DNA from: Candidatus Latescibacterota bacterium
Lineage (GTDB): Bacteria; Latescibacterota; UBA2968; UBA8231
Length of the DNA stretch: 64,000 nt
Direction of reading: 5' to 3'
Assembly: GCA_965223905.1 (NCBI GenBank)
Contig: CBDCXV010000010.1
Coordinates: forward strand, 640,001-704,000
Shown here: one piece after another, positions 41,301 through 51,609 of the stretch
Layout: each line of letters begins with the position of its first letter
How positions within the stretch are numbered: the first letter of the stretch is position 1
Made by a program: the position numbers and the translations under genes
The notes under the pieces: generated by a model
Told to the model about the DNA's origin: nothing
Databases searched by the model: none
Seen by the model: only the letters and a program-made list of their open reading frames with translations

Positions 41301-41820
41301 TCCCGAATTCAGGATGCCGACCGAACGCGCACTCCTTGGAAAAGCTGAACTGGAACTGGGGTTTTCGCGATACGAGGAAGCCGCCGAAACAACTAGTCGG
41401 TTACTTGAACTGCGCCAAATGGAATCCCTGGAAAACCGGTGGCGCGGTCATCTGATCCGTGCAAGGGCGACTTTGGCGACCGGTGATCAGACATCGTGCG
41501 AGCGGGACATCAAGGTGATTCTCGCAATACTCCCGAACCTCGGCTCTCTCCCTAGGGAAACCCTCGATGCATTGATGGAATTCAGCATCGATCTCGGGCA
41601 GGAGCGTATGTGTGAGATCATCCAGGCATCCCCTTCGGCGAAGCTGTTGCTGCCGCTCACGACAGCGCTGGAGCAGGAAATCGGACGTGAACCCCGCGTG
41701 GCCCGGGAAGTCGAGGAAGTAGCCCGGGACATCCGGCGGGATCTGGCAAGGCGACGGGAAGCTCGAGCCGATGGTAGCGAACAAAGAGATGGCGAGCCCC
41801 GCGGCCGTTCAGGCGGATAA
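38365..41820 (+). CDS. STAND-like ATPase + wHTH + long TPR-like repeat array
   Basis: KYNPG, Walker A GPRGSGKTS, Walker B variant LMVENL, TGGSPR (GxP), wHTH TTREIADRTR...LTRLTERGVV, eleven 43-aa repeats. Confidence 0.88.
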   Translation: MTVTARKYNPGFLTDEELMASFCVRTGEFESIIEMLRECTGPSNPHQIVIGPRGSGKTSLLLRVAAEVRRDPELSRGFFPVVFAEESYEVDTAGEFWLESLSRLADQAPHQEDAPDLHRTFADLRTIQDDRTLGERCLGALLDFSDREGKRLVLMVENLGMMFKDMSDQEAGWRLRKILQTEPRIILLASATSRFDEIDHPDHALYDLLRVRTLRPLDTDECTVLWEAVAGKQPRSETIRSLEILTGGSPRLVAIVARFRAGRSFRQLMEDLLDLVDDHTEYFKSHIESLPAQERRVYLALADLWKPATTREIADRTRIETSKCSAQLTRLTERGVVQVTGGSARRKQYYLTERLYNIYYLLRRNRGPDSLIETLIQFMESYYSPTELMEIGAGIVRELDAFDTEKQLLHRAALARLVELPALSRHRDELLARVPQSLLKPDRSPVLPSGADTASAGTDESKELAAATDLFNNAVELQNRNRREEALAAYDELTRRFGEKETPAVVGLVARALVNKGALLGWGDLLDEPNMEENALTAVVETINRSGSRRDALNLPDMHSMMGVSNGSGMNRMQDALDVYDDVVRRFGESKMPDLLEPVSAALIDKGTLLICLNQMEEALAVYDDVVRRFGESKMPNLLRPVAAALMGKGALFGMLKLPHKALAAFDEVIERFGEREMPNLLELVAAALVGKGGLLREMNRPRAALAAYDEVVVRCGESESPRFLRLVAEGIVSKGVLLGELNRPDEALAALDEAVSRFGQSESPMVLRLTAEALVTRGITLGRMNRLEETLETLHEVVQRFGKSEIPMVPQLVAMALFYMGVTFGRMNRAEEALAPYDEVVKRFEKSETSVPLEFVVKALVHKGIELINLNRTEEALAPLNEVVRRFRESETPAVLEMVASAFVGKGIILNDLDRSEQALAVFEEMLCCFGESESHAVLSQVVIALLNKGGTLMGLNRPEEALVAFDEVVRRFGDDSSPEFRMPTERALLGKAELELGFSRYEEAAETTSRLLELRQMESLENRWRGHLIRARATLATGDQTSCERDIKVILAILPNLGSLPRETLDALMEFSIDLGQERMCEIIQASPSAKLLLPLTTALEQEIGREPRVAREVEEVARDIRRDLARRREARADGSEQRDGEPRGRSGG
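39805..41364 (+). repeat. 129-bp (43-aa) coding tandem repeat array
   Basis: Unit starts at 40075, 40204 ... 41236 keep an exact 129-bp register (10 units). A further unit at 39805 is separated by an insert. Consensus NRxEEALAxYDEVVRRFGESExP...VAxALxxKG. Confidence 0.9.
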
Positions 41821-41862
41821 CCCATTCATGGCCGAAGTCGCTTCCGCTGGCCTCCATAATCC

Positions 41863-43704
<1,842 letters not shown>

Positions 43705-43982
43705 CGGGCGACTATCAGCCTGTACCTTCGAAATAATGCGGAAGTCCGTGCCCATATTCACGGTTATGGACAGGAAGTATAGCGGGCATTTGAACCTGGC
43801 CAAGACGCATGCAACACGGCGTAGCACGGGAGACCGCATCCGCTACAGCTGGTTGTCGTGCAACAGACGGGCCGGTTTCGAGCGCCTGCTCTGCCAGGGT
43901 CCCCCGGCAGGCTTCGAGCCAGACCTTTTCTCCGTCTGTCAGGTTGGGCATGGGTGATCTTTCCAGTAGACGGACGCCGCGA

Positions 43983-44822
43983 CTATTCGGCTACCGCCTC
44001 CTCTCCCAGGTGCTCGCGAATCCACTCGCGCAGCGGCACGTCCTCCTCCTTTGGAGAGGTGAACCCCATCCCTCCGGTGGGCCCGGCCCCGAGCAGCTGC
44101 CGCCTGACGGGATCGCTGCGCTCCATGTAGTGGGCGACGGTCATGTTGTCGCGCGGCTTGAGCCAGCGGTAGCTGTACCCGTAGAACAGCACCTTGCGCG
44201 TGATGTCGGAGCGGTTGCGGCCGGCCGCGTGCCACAGCCGGCGGTCGAAGAAGACGGCGTCCCCCGGTTTGGCGCGGATCTCGGTAGCCCCGGGGGGGTC
44301 GGAGCCGTCCCCGGGCAGCTCGAGCTCGTTGCGCAGGTGGCTCCCCGGCACGACGGTGAAGTTGCCGCGGTGCGGCTGCGAGGTGTCGGTGAGGAAGTAG
44401 GCGACCTTGAGCGACACCCGGGGCCGCGGATTCCCGTCGAGCTCGATGTTCAGCCTTCCGGTGTCCTGGTGCCAGCCGAGCCGCCTCTCGAGCCGGGGGT
44501 TCTCCTCGGAAAGCGGCGGCGTCACCACGACATGGGAGTGGTAGAGCTGGATGTGCCAGCCGAGAATCCCCCACACCTTGGGGAAGGTCAGCGGCCAGTC
44601 GAGGAGCTCGAGGAAGGCGTCGTCCTTGCCGATGAAATCGAGCAGCAGGTACGACTCGCGCGGATCCGGCGGCAGCTCGATGCGGTCGGTCGCCGCCTCC
44701 AGCCTGCGCACGAGGTCGATCGGCACCACCTCCGGGACCTGGAAGAAACCGTCCCTTTCGAAGGCGAGCTGCTCTTCTTCGGTGAGGCAGTGCTCGAGAC
44801 AGGAGGGGTCCATCTTCTTCAC
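43983..44822 (-). CDS. PhyH family Fe(II)/2OG dioxygenase
   Basis: FERDGF, WHQD, VVPGSH, LWHAAGRN...RK. Confidence 0.92.
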   Translation of the reverse strand: MKKMDPSCLEHCLTEEEQLAFERDGFFQVPEVVPIDLVRRLEAATDRIELPPDPRESYLLLDFIGKDDAFLELLDWPLTFPKVWGILGWHIQLYHSHVVVTPPLSEENPRLERRLGWHQDTGRLNIELDGNPRPRVSLKVAYFLTDTSQPHRGNFTVVPGSHLRNELELPGDGSDPPGATEIRAKPGDAVFFDRRLWHAAGRNRSDITRKVLFYGYSYRWLKPRDNMTVAHYMERSDPVRRQLLGAGPTGGMGFTSPKEEDVPLREWIREHLGEEAVAE

Positions 44823-44970
44823 CTGTTTGCGGAAGTGCTGCCGGCGCAGGTGCCTGCCCGAATCATGGGCTCCGGGCGGCAGGCCGTGCCGAAAATGAAC
44901 ATTCGCCCGGGGGCCGGATCCGGCCGCCCGCGGAGCGGGAGTTGTGCCGGGAAGCGGTGGGTGTATCTGA

Positions 44971-44999
44971 TTGACAGCCGTGGAAAAGATCGCTAAGGT
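44971..44999 (+). promoter_or_regulatory. Putative sigma70 promoter
   Basis: TTGACA-N17-TAAGGT upstream of the CocE gene. Confidence 0.55.
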
Positions 45000-45037
45000 C
45001 GCCCGCCCCTGCTACCAACCTACCCGGAGACAGAGCC

Positions 45038-46711
45038 TTGGCTGAAACCTACGACGTCGACCTGCAACTCGATCTCAAGGTGCCGATGCGGGACGGCGTC
45101 GACCTCTCTGCCGACGTCTACCGGCCGCGGGCTTCCGGGCGCTTTCCCACGGTGCTGATCCGCACCCCGTACGACAACAACAGCGTCATTGCCAAGGGCC
45201 GCAGCCTCGCCAACAGGGGCTACGTCTGCGTCGCCCAGGACTGCCGCGGCCGCTGGGACTCCGACGGCACCTACTACCCGTTTCACCCGGACGGCGAAGA
45301 CGGGTACGACACCCAGGAATGGATCGGCAGGCAGGAGTGGAGCAACGGAAAAATCGGCATGTCCGGCGGCTCCTACCTCGGCCTGGTTCAGTGGCAGAGT
45401 GCCGTGCACGCCAGCGACCACCTCACCTGCATGGCCCCGCGCGTCATCTGCGCCGACTTCTACCAGGGCCTCGTCCACCCCGGCGGGGCTCTGCAGCTCG
45501 GCGTCTGCATGACCTGGGGCATGCGCACCAACGGCCGCACCGCCCAGAACATCGACTACCACAACTGGACCGAAGCCTTCCGCGGCCTGCCGCTCGCCGA
45601 CATCGACGAGCTCGCCGGCCGCAACATCCAGTTCTGGAAGGACTGGGTCGACCATCCATGCTACGACGACTACTGGGAGGCGGTCGACGTCGAGAAGCGC
45701 TTCGGCGACATCCGCGCCCCCGCCTTCAACATGGGGGGCTGGTACGATCTCTACGCGCGCGACACCTTCGTCTGCTTCAACGGCTTGCGCCGGCAGGGCG
45801 CCACAGACGAGGCGAAGCGGAGCAAGCTGATCGTCGGCCCCTGGCCCCACGGCCTGAGCACCTCGACGAGGACCGGGGACGTCGACTTCGGCGCCGACTC
45901 GATGGTCGACCTCGAAGGTCTGGAACTGCGCTGGTTCGACTACTGGCTCAAGGGGATCGACAACGGCATCGCCGACGAGCCGCCCCTGCGCCTGTTCATC
46001 ATGGGGAGCAACCAGTGGCGCGACGAACACGAGTGGCCGCTGGCGCGCACCGACTGGCAGAAATGGCACCTCCATTCGCAAGGCGACGCCAACACCCTGC
46101 TCGGGGACGGTTCGCTTGCGCCGCAGGAACCCGGCAACGAACCTCCCGACCGCTACGTGTACGACCCCGAGCTCCCGGTGCAGACCAACGGGGGCAACAA
46201 CTGCTGCTCCCCCCACATCGTCCCCTGGGGACCGTACGACCAGCGCCCGGTCGAGATGCGCGGCGACGTGCTCTGCTACACGAGCGCGCCGCTGAGGGAA
46301 GCGATGGAGGTGACCGGGCCGATAATTGTAGTGCTGTTCGCCGCCACCGACGGCCGCGACACCGACTGGACGGCGAAGCTCGTCGACGTCTCCCCGGGCG
46401 GCTACGCCATGAACCTGTGCGACGGCATCCTCCGCGCCCGCTTTCACGAGGGGTTCGAGAGCGAGTCGCTGCTCGAGCCGAACCGGATCTACCGGTACGA
46501 AATCGACGTCGCTGCAACCGGCAATCTCTTCCTCGAGGGGCACCGGATCAGGCTGGAGATCTCGTCGTCGAACTTCCCGCGCTTCGACCGCAACCCTAAC
46601 ACCGGAAACGAGCTCGGCAGGGACACCGAAATGCGCCGGGCAAGGCAGACGGTCTACCACGACTCCGACCACCCGTCGCACGTTCTGCTGCCGGTGATTC
46701 CCGCAAGCTGA
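45038..46711 (+). CDS. CocE/NonD family hydrolase (peptidase S15)
   Basis: VPMRDGVDL, RTPY, QDCRGR, nucleophile GGSYLG, GGWYD, GPWPH, SSSNFPRFDRN; TTG start. Confidence 0.95.
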   Translation: MAETYDVDLQLDLKVPMRDGVDLSADVYRPRASGRFPTVLIRTPYDNNSVIAKGRSLANRGYVCVAQDCRGRWDSDGTYYPFHPDGEDGYDTQEWIGRQEWSNGKIGMSGGSYLGLVQWQSAVHASDHLTCMAPRVICADFYQGLVHPGGALQLGVCMTWGMRTNGRTAQNIDYHNWTEAFRGLPLADIDELAGRNIQFWKDWVDHPCYDDYWEAVDVEKRFGDIRAPAFNMGGWYDLYARDTFVCFNGLRRQGATDEAKRSKLIVGPWPHGLSTSTRTGDVDFGADSMVDLEGLELRWFDYWLKGIDNGIADEPPLRLFIMGSNQWRDEHEWPLARTDWQKWHLHSQGDANTLLGDGSLAPQEPGNEPPDRYVYDPELPVQTNGGNNCCSPHIVPWGPYDQRPVEMRGDVLCYTSAPLREAMEVTGPIIVVLFAATDGRDTDWTAKLVDVSPGGYAMNLCDGILRARFHEGFESESLLEPNRIYRYEIDVAATGNLFLEGHRIRLEISSSNFPRFDRNPNTGNELGRDTEMRRARQTVYHDSDHPSHVLLPVIPAS

Positions 46712-46758
46712 GAGGCCGCGGAGAATCAGTTGGCCGCAGTCTGGAAGGCTGCCATCCA

Positions 46759-47928
46759 TTGGCTGCAACCACGGTAAAGGTCGCCACCTTCGACGGCCCC
46801 GGAGCGCGCCCGCGGATCCAGGCCGTGGAACGGCCGCGGGTTCCGGAGCGGGCCGCGCTGATCGAGGTGGGGGCCTGCGGCGTCTGCGGCACCGATCTGC
46901 ACATTCTCAAGGGGCACTGGCCGAAGCCGCTTCCCTGGCCGTTCACCCTCGGCCACGAGGTCGCCGGTGTAATCGCCGAGAAGGGACCCGGCCTCGAGGC
47001 CGACTACATGGGCAAGCCCCTGGAGGTGGGAGCGAAAGTCATGATCCCACCGCTGATGCCCTGCGGCGAGTGCGACTACTGCCGCCACTACCCCGCCCAT
47101 GCCAACAAGTGCCTCAACCCGACCTACTACGGCCGCTACATCCCGTTCGCGAAGCCGCCGCACCTGTGGGGCGGCTGGGCGGAGATGGTCTACGTCGACC
47201 TCGACATGTTCCCGGCGACCAAGATCTACCGCCTGCCCGACGACATGACCTGCATGCAGGGCTCGCTCTCCGAGCCGCTCGCCTGCTGCATCCGCGCTCT
47301 CGGCCGCGCCCGCTCGACGGGCGGTTTCCAGTACGGCGATACCGTCGTCGTGCAGGGGGCCGGACCGATCGCGGTGCTGATGGTGGCCGCCGCGCGCGAG
47401 ATGGGGGCCGGGACCATCGCCGTCATCGGCGCCCCGGAAGAGCCGCGGCTCGCCCTCTGCCGAGAGTTCTCCGCGGCGGGGACCGTCTGCCTCGACGACC
47501 ATCCCACTTCCGCGGCCCGCATCGACGCGGTGCGGGACCTCCTCGCCGGCTTCGGGGCCCGGTTCGGCGCCGATCTCGTGATCGACTGCGCCGGCCACCC
47601 ATCGGCCGGCCCAGAGGGTATCGAGATGCTCCGCGACGGCGGCACCTATGTCGAGATGGGGCAGTTCACCGACGCCGGGGCGATCGCCACCAACTGGCAC
47701 CGCATCTGCGCCAAGGACGTGACCATCGTCGCTTCCTGGGGGATCACCGCGGGCGACCTGCCGCTCGGCGTCGACATGCTGCACCGGGCGCGGGAGCGAT
47801 ACCCCTGGTCGCGCATGCAGACGGTCTTTCCCTTCACCGAAGAGGGAGTGCAGGAAGCGACCCGAAAGGCCATGGCCATGGAGTGCGTCAAGGCGACCAT
47901 CCTGCCCAATCCGGCGCTCGCCGAGTAG
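46759..47928 (+). CDS. Zinc-dependent (MDR) alcohol dehydrogenase
   Basis: CGVCGTD, LGHE, structural Zn CGECDYC...C, EPLAC, QGAGPIA; TTG start. Confidence 0.93.
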   Translation: MAATTVKVATFDGPGARPRIQAVERPRVPERAALIEVGACGVCGTDLHILKGHWPKPLPWPFTLGHEVAGVIAEKGPGLEADYMGKPLEVGAKVMIPPLMPCGECDYCRHYPAHANKCLNPTYYGRYIPFAKPPHLWGGWAEMVYVDLDMFPATKIYRLPDDMTCMQGSLSEPLACCIRALGRARSTGGFQYGDTVVVQGAGPIAVLMVAAAREMGAGTIAVIGAPEEPRLALCREFSAAGTVCLDDHPTSAARIDAVRDLLAGFGARFGADLVIDCAGHPSAGPEGIEMLRDGGTYVEMGQFTDAGAIATNWHRICAKDVTIVASWGITAGDLPLGVDMLHRARERYPWSRMQTVFPFTEEGVQEATRKAMAMECVKATILPNPALAE

Positions 47929-48557
47929 TTTCCCGTCCATCCACATTCTGCCGTTCCCCCGCCCAATCCCGGCAATCGATTTCCGGGCCTGGACACCAGG
48001 GTGCCGGCCGGGTATCGCTGCAATCGTCACCGAAGCTTCGCGAGATCGCCACGCCCCGGTCGCCGGGCGGCCCCCGGGAACCCGGAGATTTGTCCCACCG
48101 TCAAGTCATTCAAACCCTTCCTCCCTCCCCCGCAGCTCTTCCACCTGCGAAGCGAAACCATGCCGGCCAAGCGCTCCAACGTCCGCCGAGTGCGCCAGAA
48201 GCTCGTGGCGCGGCGGCGGCTGTTTCGACTCGCCTGCAAGGACCGCGACCAGAAGATCGAGGCCCTGCCCGCGACCCGGATCTTCGTCGCCGCGGCGTAG
48301 GTCTCCTGGAAACCTGCCGGACCGAATCGCAGGCGCCCGCCCGGCCTGCATGGCCGGGATGGAGCCATGTATTCGGCACTGCGTTCGCAAGACCGCAGGC
48401 AGGGACACCTGTCCGAACCTGTCCCAAGGTATTCGCCAGACGGCACACCAGTCCATGCTGCGAGGAAGGGCAGGCCGATACCGGCCTCGGTAAGGTTGGA
48501 ACCGCTGCAGGCCCGCACCTATCGTTAGCTGCATCACGCTCAACGAAAGGGTGCCCC

Positions 48558-49778
48558 ATGCCATTCGACCTGCTGCTCACAGGCGGCCACGTCATCGACC
48601 CCGGAAACTTCATCGACACCCCTGCAGATGTCGCCGTAACCGACGGCAGGATCTCCGCGGTCGAGGCCGGAATTCCCGCCTCGCAGGCCGGCAGAACGAT
48701 CGACGTCTCCGGCCTCTACGTGACCCCCGGTCTCGTCGACATCCACGTCCACCTCTACGCCACCCCGGGAAACCGGGATGCCTGGGCCGGCGACAAAAGC
48801 GTCCTGCCGGACGGCTTCGGCTTCCGCACCGGGGTGACGACCATGGTCGACACCGGATCGGCCGGCTGGCGCAACCTCGACGACTTCCGCCACCGCGTCA
48901 TCGACCGCTTCGACACCCGCGCCTACGCCCTCGTCAACATCGCCGGTCTCGGCATGGCCACCGACAGCACCGAGCAGAACGCCGCCGACATGGATCCGGA
49001 GCGGGCCGCGGCCGCGGCCCGCGAGCACGCCGACATCGTCGTCGGCATCAAGACCGCCCACTACCGCGGGCGGGACTGGACCTCCGTCGACCGCACCCTC
49101 GACGCGGGACGGCGCGCCGACCTCCCGGTCATGGTCGACTTCGGTTTCTTCCAGCGCACCCGGCCCTACTACGAGCTGGTCGGCGAGCGCCTGCGGCCCG
49201 GCGACATCAGCACCCACATGTACCGGGGGCCGATTCCGATCTGCGACGGCGACGGCAACCTCTACCCCTACCTGTGGCAGGCGCGCGAGCGCGGGGTGCT
49301 GTTCGACCTGGGGCACGGCGCCGGCAGCTTCGTCTGGGCGAACGCCCTTCCCTGCATCGAGCAGGGGTTCTATCCCGACTCGATCTCCACCGACCTGCAC
49401 ACGATGAGCATGAATGTCGGCATGCTCGACATGGCGACGACGATGTCGAAATGCCTGGTGATGGGGATGCCGTTCAACGACGTGGTCAAGGCCTCGACGG
49501 TCGACGCGGCCCGGGTGATCGGCCGCCCCGAGCACGGCCACCTGACGGTGGGAGCGGCTGCCGACGTCGCCGTGCTCAAGCTGCTCGAGGGCTCGTTCGG
49601 GTATCTCGACTCGTTCGATGGCCGCTACGAGGGGGACCGGCGCCTGGTCTGCGAGCTGACCCTGAAGGACGGCGAGGTGATGTGGGACTGGAACGGCCGT
49701 TCCGGGGTCGACTTCCGCGAGATGGGGGACAGCGTCGGCATCAGGGGAGGCGAGGAGCGCACCCCGCCCCCCGCCTGA
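48558..49778 (+). CDS. Amidohydrolase/deacetylase family metallohydrolase (dihydroorotase-like)
   Basis: GGHVIDP, PGLVDIHVH, GVTTMVDTGSAG, VGIK, DLGHGAGSF, ISTDLH; ATG 48558. Confidence 0.9.
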   Translation: MPFDLLLTGGHVIDPGNFIDTPADVAVTDGRISAVEAGIPASQAGRTIDVSGLYVTPGLVDIHVHLYATPGNRDAWAGDKSVLPDGFGFRTGVTTMVDTGSAGWRNLDDFRHRVIDRFDTRAYALVNIAGLGMATDSTEQNAADMDPERAAAAAREHADIVVGIKTAHYRGRDWTSVDRTLDAGRRADLPVMVDFGFFQRTRPYYELVGERLRPGDISTHMYRGPIPICDGDGNLYPYLWQARERGVLFDLGHGAGSFVWANALPCIEQGFYPDSISTDLHTMSMNVGMLDMATTMSKCLVMGMPFNDVVKASTVDAARVIGRPEHGHLTVGAAADVAVLKLLEGSFGYLDSFDGRYEGDRRLVCELTLKDGEVMWDWNGRSGVDFREMGDSVGIRGGEERTPPPA

Positions 49779-49784
49779 CGGGAA

Positions 49785-51017
49785 CTACACGACGACAACC
49801 GAGGTGCGCTCGATTTCGTCCCAGTCCGGTTCCGCCGGCCGCACCGGTTTCCAGGCGATCGACATGTAGCCGTTCTCGACGACCGTGGTGCCCCGGCAGT
49901 CGAGCGCCTCGTCCGGGGGGCGCGGAGCAAGACCGCCTCCTGCCGCCTCGAAAATCGGATCGTTGCTGTTGGCGAGGATGGTGTGCGGATCGCCGCCGTG
50001 CACCTGGGCGCCGAAGCTCTCGGCTAGCTGCGCCTGCTTCACCGATCCTGTGATGCCGACCCCGCGCTGGCGCACGATGTCGGCGGCTCCCAGGGCGAGG
50101 TAGGGAGCGGTGTTGAACGGCTGGCCGCCGATGGCGCCGATCCACTCCAGGGTCAGAACCGGCAGGTCGAGGGCGTCGCACAGCTTCTTCAACCCCATGA
50201 TGTCGTAGTCCTGTAACGGCTCCTCGATCCAGGTGTAGTTGAGCTTCTCGAGCTCGCGCCCGATCCGGATCGCCTCCATGCAGGTGTAGGATTCTACTGG
50301 ATCATGCAGCAGGATGAAGTCGTCCCCGAGGGCCCGGCGCAGCTCGGTTCCGAGCTCCGTGTTCCCCTTGACGCCGCGGTAGGAGTGGTCCTTGCAGCCG
50401 ACGAAGCCGTCCTCCTTGACCTTGAGGGCGCTGGCGACCAGTGCGTCGATGGTGGCCCCGCCGATGTTGCGGTACGCCGGAATCCGTTCCCGGGAGGCCC
50501 CCAGCAGCTTGTAGATCGGCATGCAGGCGTAGCGGCTCGCCAGGTCCCAGAGCATGCGGTCGACCTTGTCGACCACCCCCCTGCCGGTGTAGAAGAAGCG
50601 CTGCGCGTACCACAGCCGCTGCCAGATGAACTCGCGGTCGAAGGCGTCGACCCCGAGAAGCATCGGCGCCAACCTGACCTTGAACTCCTTGGCCGCCCAC
50701 TCGAGGTCGTCGGCGTGGAAGCCGCTGCCGAAATCGGCGTAGGCGTCGTAGCCTCCGTCGGTGACCAGGCGGATCGTCGACTTGAAGTGCGGGCTTTCCC
50801 CGGCCGCGGTGTACTCCAGGCATAGGGCTCCGGGATCGATCAGCCCTTCGTCGATGCGGATCGAACCGTCGCGGAAGCCGGCGGAGTGGGTGAACAGGCC
50901 GGAGAGGCCGGGCGGAACCTTCTCGAGCGTCCCCATGCCGCCGTTCGCGGCGCTACGGCGGCGGGTGCCGTCCGGCTGTACGTAGAACTTTACGTCCTTG
51001 ATCAACATGGTGGTCAA
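49785..51017 (-). CDS. Mandelate racemase/enolase superfamily protein
   Basis: LWDLAS...PIYKLLG, KDH, HDPVE, WIEEPL, LEW metal ligands; alternative ATG at 51008. Confidence 0.85.
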   Translation of the reverse strand: MTTMLIKDVKFYVQPDGTRRRSAANGGMGTLEKVPPGLSGLFTHSAGFRDGSIRIDEGLIDPGALCLEYTAAGESPHFKSTIRLVTDGGYDAYADFGSGFHADDLEWAAKEFKVRLAPMLLGVDAFDREFIWQRLWYAQRFFYTGRGVVDKVDRMLWDLASRYACMPIYKLLGASRERIPAYRNIGGATIDALVASALKVKEDGFVGCKDHSYRGVKGNTELGTELRRALGDDFILLHDPVESYTCMEAIRIGRELEKLNYTWIEEPLQDYDIMGLKKLCDALDLPVLTLEWIGAIGGQPFNTAPYLALGAADIVRQRGVGITGSVKQAQLAESFGAQVHGGDPHTILANSNDPIFEAAGGGLAPRPPDEALDCRGTTVVENGYMSIAWKPVRPAEPDWDEIERTSVVVV

Positions 51018-51068
51018 GCTCTGGATGGGATTCTTCGTGGCGGGAGGTCGGTCGGGTTGCGGGCGGGC

Positions 51069-51126
51069 AACCTAAGCCGCCGCGGTGGCCGGGTCAATTG
51101 ACAGCGCTGGCGGCATTGTGAATGAT
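51069..51126. promoter_or_regulatory. Back-to-back divergent sigma70-like promoters
   Basis: GGTCAATTGACA gives minus TTGACC-N17-TAGGTT and plus TTGACA-N17-AATGAT. Confidence 0.5.
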
Positions 51127-51210
51127 ACTGGGCCGCATCTCCCGGAGGTGTTGCCCGGCTCGGGCAGCGCCCCGATGCCTCCACGATTTCACCAATGGAG
51201 TGAATGAACC

Positions 51211-51609
51211 ATGGCTGTCAGAACCTCCTTGCGTCCACCCGGCTGGACCTGGGCCGAAAACCTCAGTCACGACATTGGGGTCCAGGTGGGGGATACGATC
51301 TGGGTCTCCGGGCAGGTGGCCTTCGACCCCGGGGGCAACATCGTCGGGGGCGACAGCATGCGCGCCCAGGCCGACCAGGTCTTCGCCAACATCGCCGCGG
51401 TGCTCGCCGTGGCAGGGGCGACCCTGGATGACGTCGTCAAGATCACCGCCTGGCTTACGGACATGGGGCGCTACGGGGAATACAACGACGCCCGCGCCGC
51501 GGCCTTCCCCGGCCGCCTGCCGGCGAGCGCGACGGTGATGTCCCCGCAGCTGGTGGTCCCCGGGCTCCTGGTCGAGGTCGAGGCGGTCGCCGTGGTGGGT
51601 ACGACGTGA
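51211..51609 (+). CDS. RidA/YjgF family protein
   Basis: VSGQVA, QVFANI, DDVVK, PASAT, LVEVEAVA. Confidence 0.92.
   Translation: MAVRTSLRPPGWTWAENLSHDIGVQVGDTIWVSGQVAFDPGGNIVGGDSMRAQADQVFANIAAVLAVAGATLDDVVKITAWLTDMGRYGEYNDARAAAFPGRLPASATVMSPQLVVPGLLVEVEAVAVVGTT

Larger units (their letters stand above)
23407..41820 (+). other. Anti-phage defence island (restriction-like operon, nested Menshen-like module, STAND pair)
   Basis: Ten co-oriented genes with defence-type domains and weaker GC3 bias than the flanks; no integrase seen. Confidence 0.8.

Noticed and set aside
39805-41364. Periodic repeats considered as a CRISPR array or DGR template
   Set aside because: They are in-frame coding repeats without identical spacer-separated units; no cas or reverse transcriptase gene is in the window.
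48000-48400. tmRNA suggested by an ORF ending in VAAA-stop
   Set aside because: No tRNA-like 5' end or T-arm/CCA 3' end around it.
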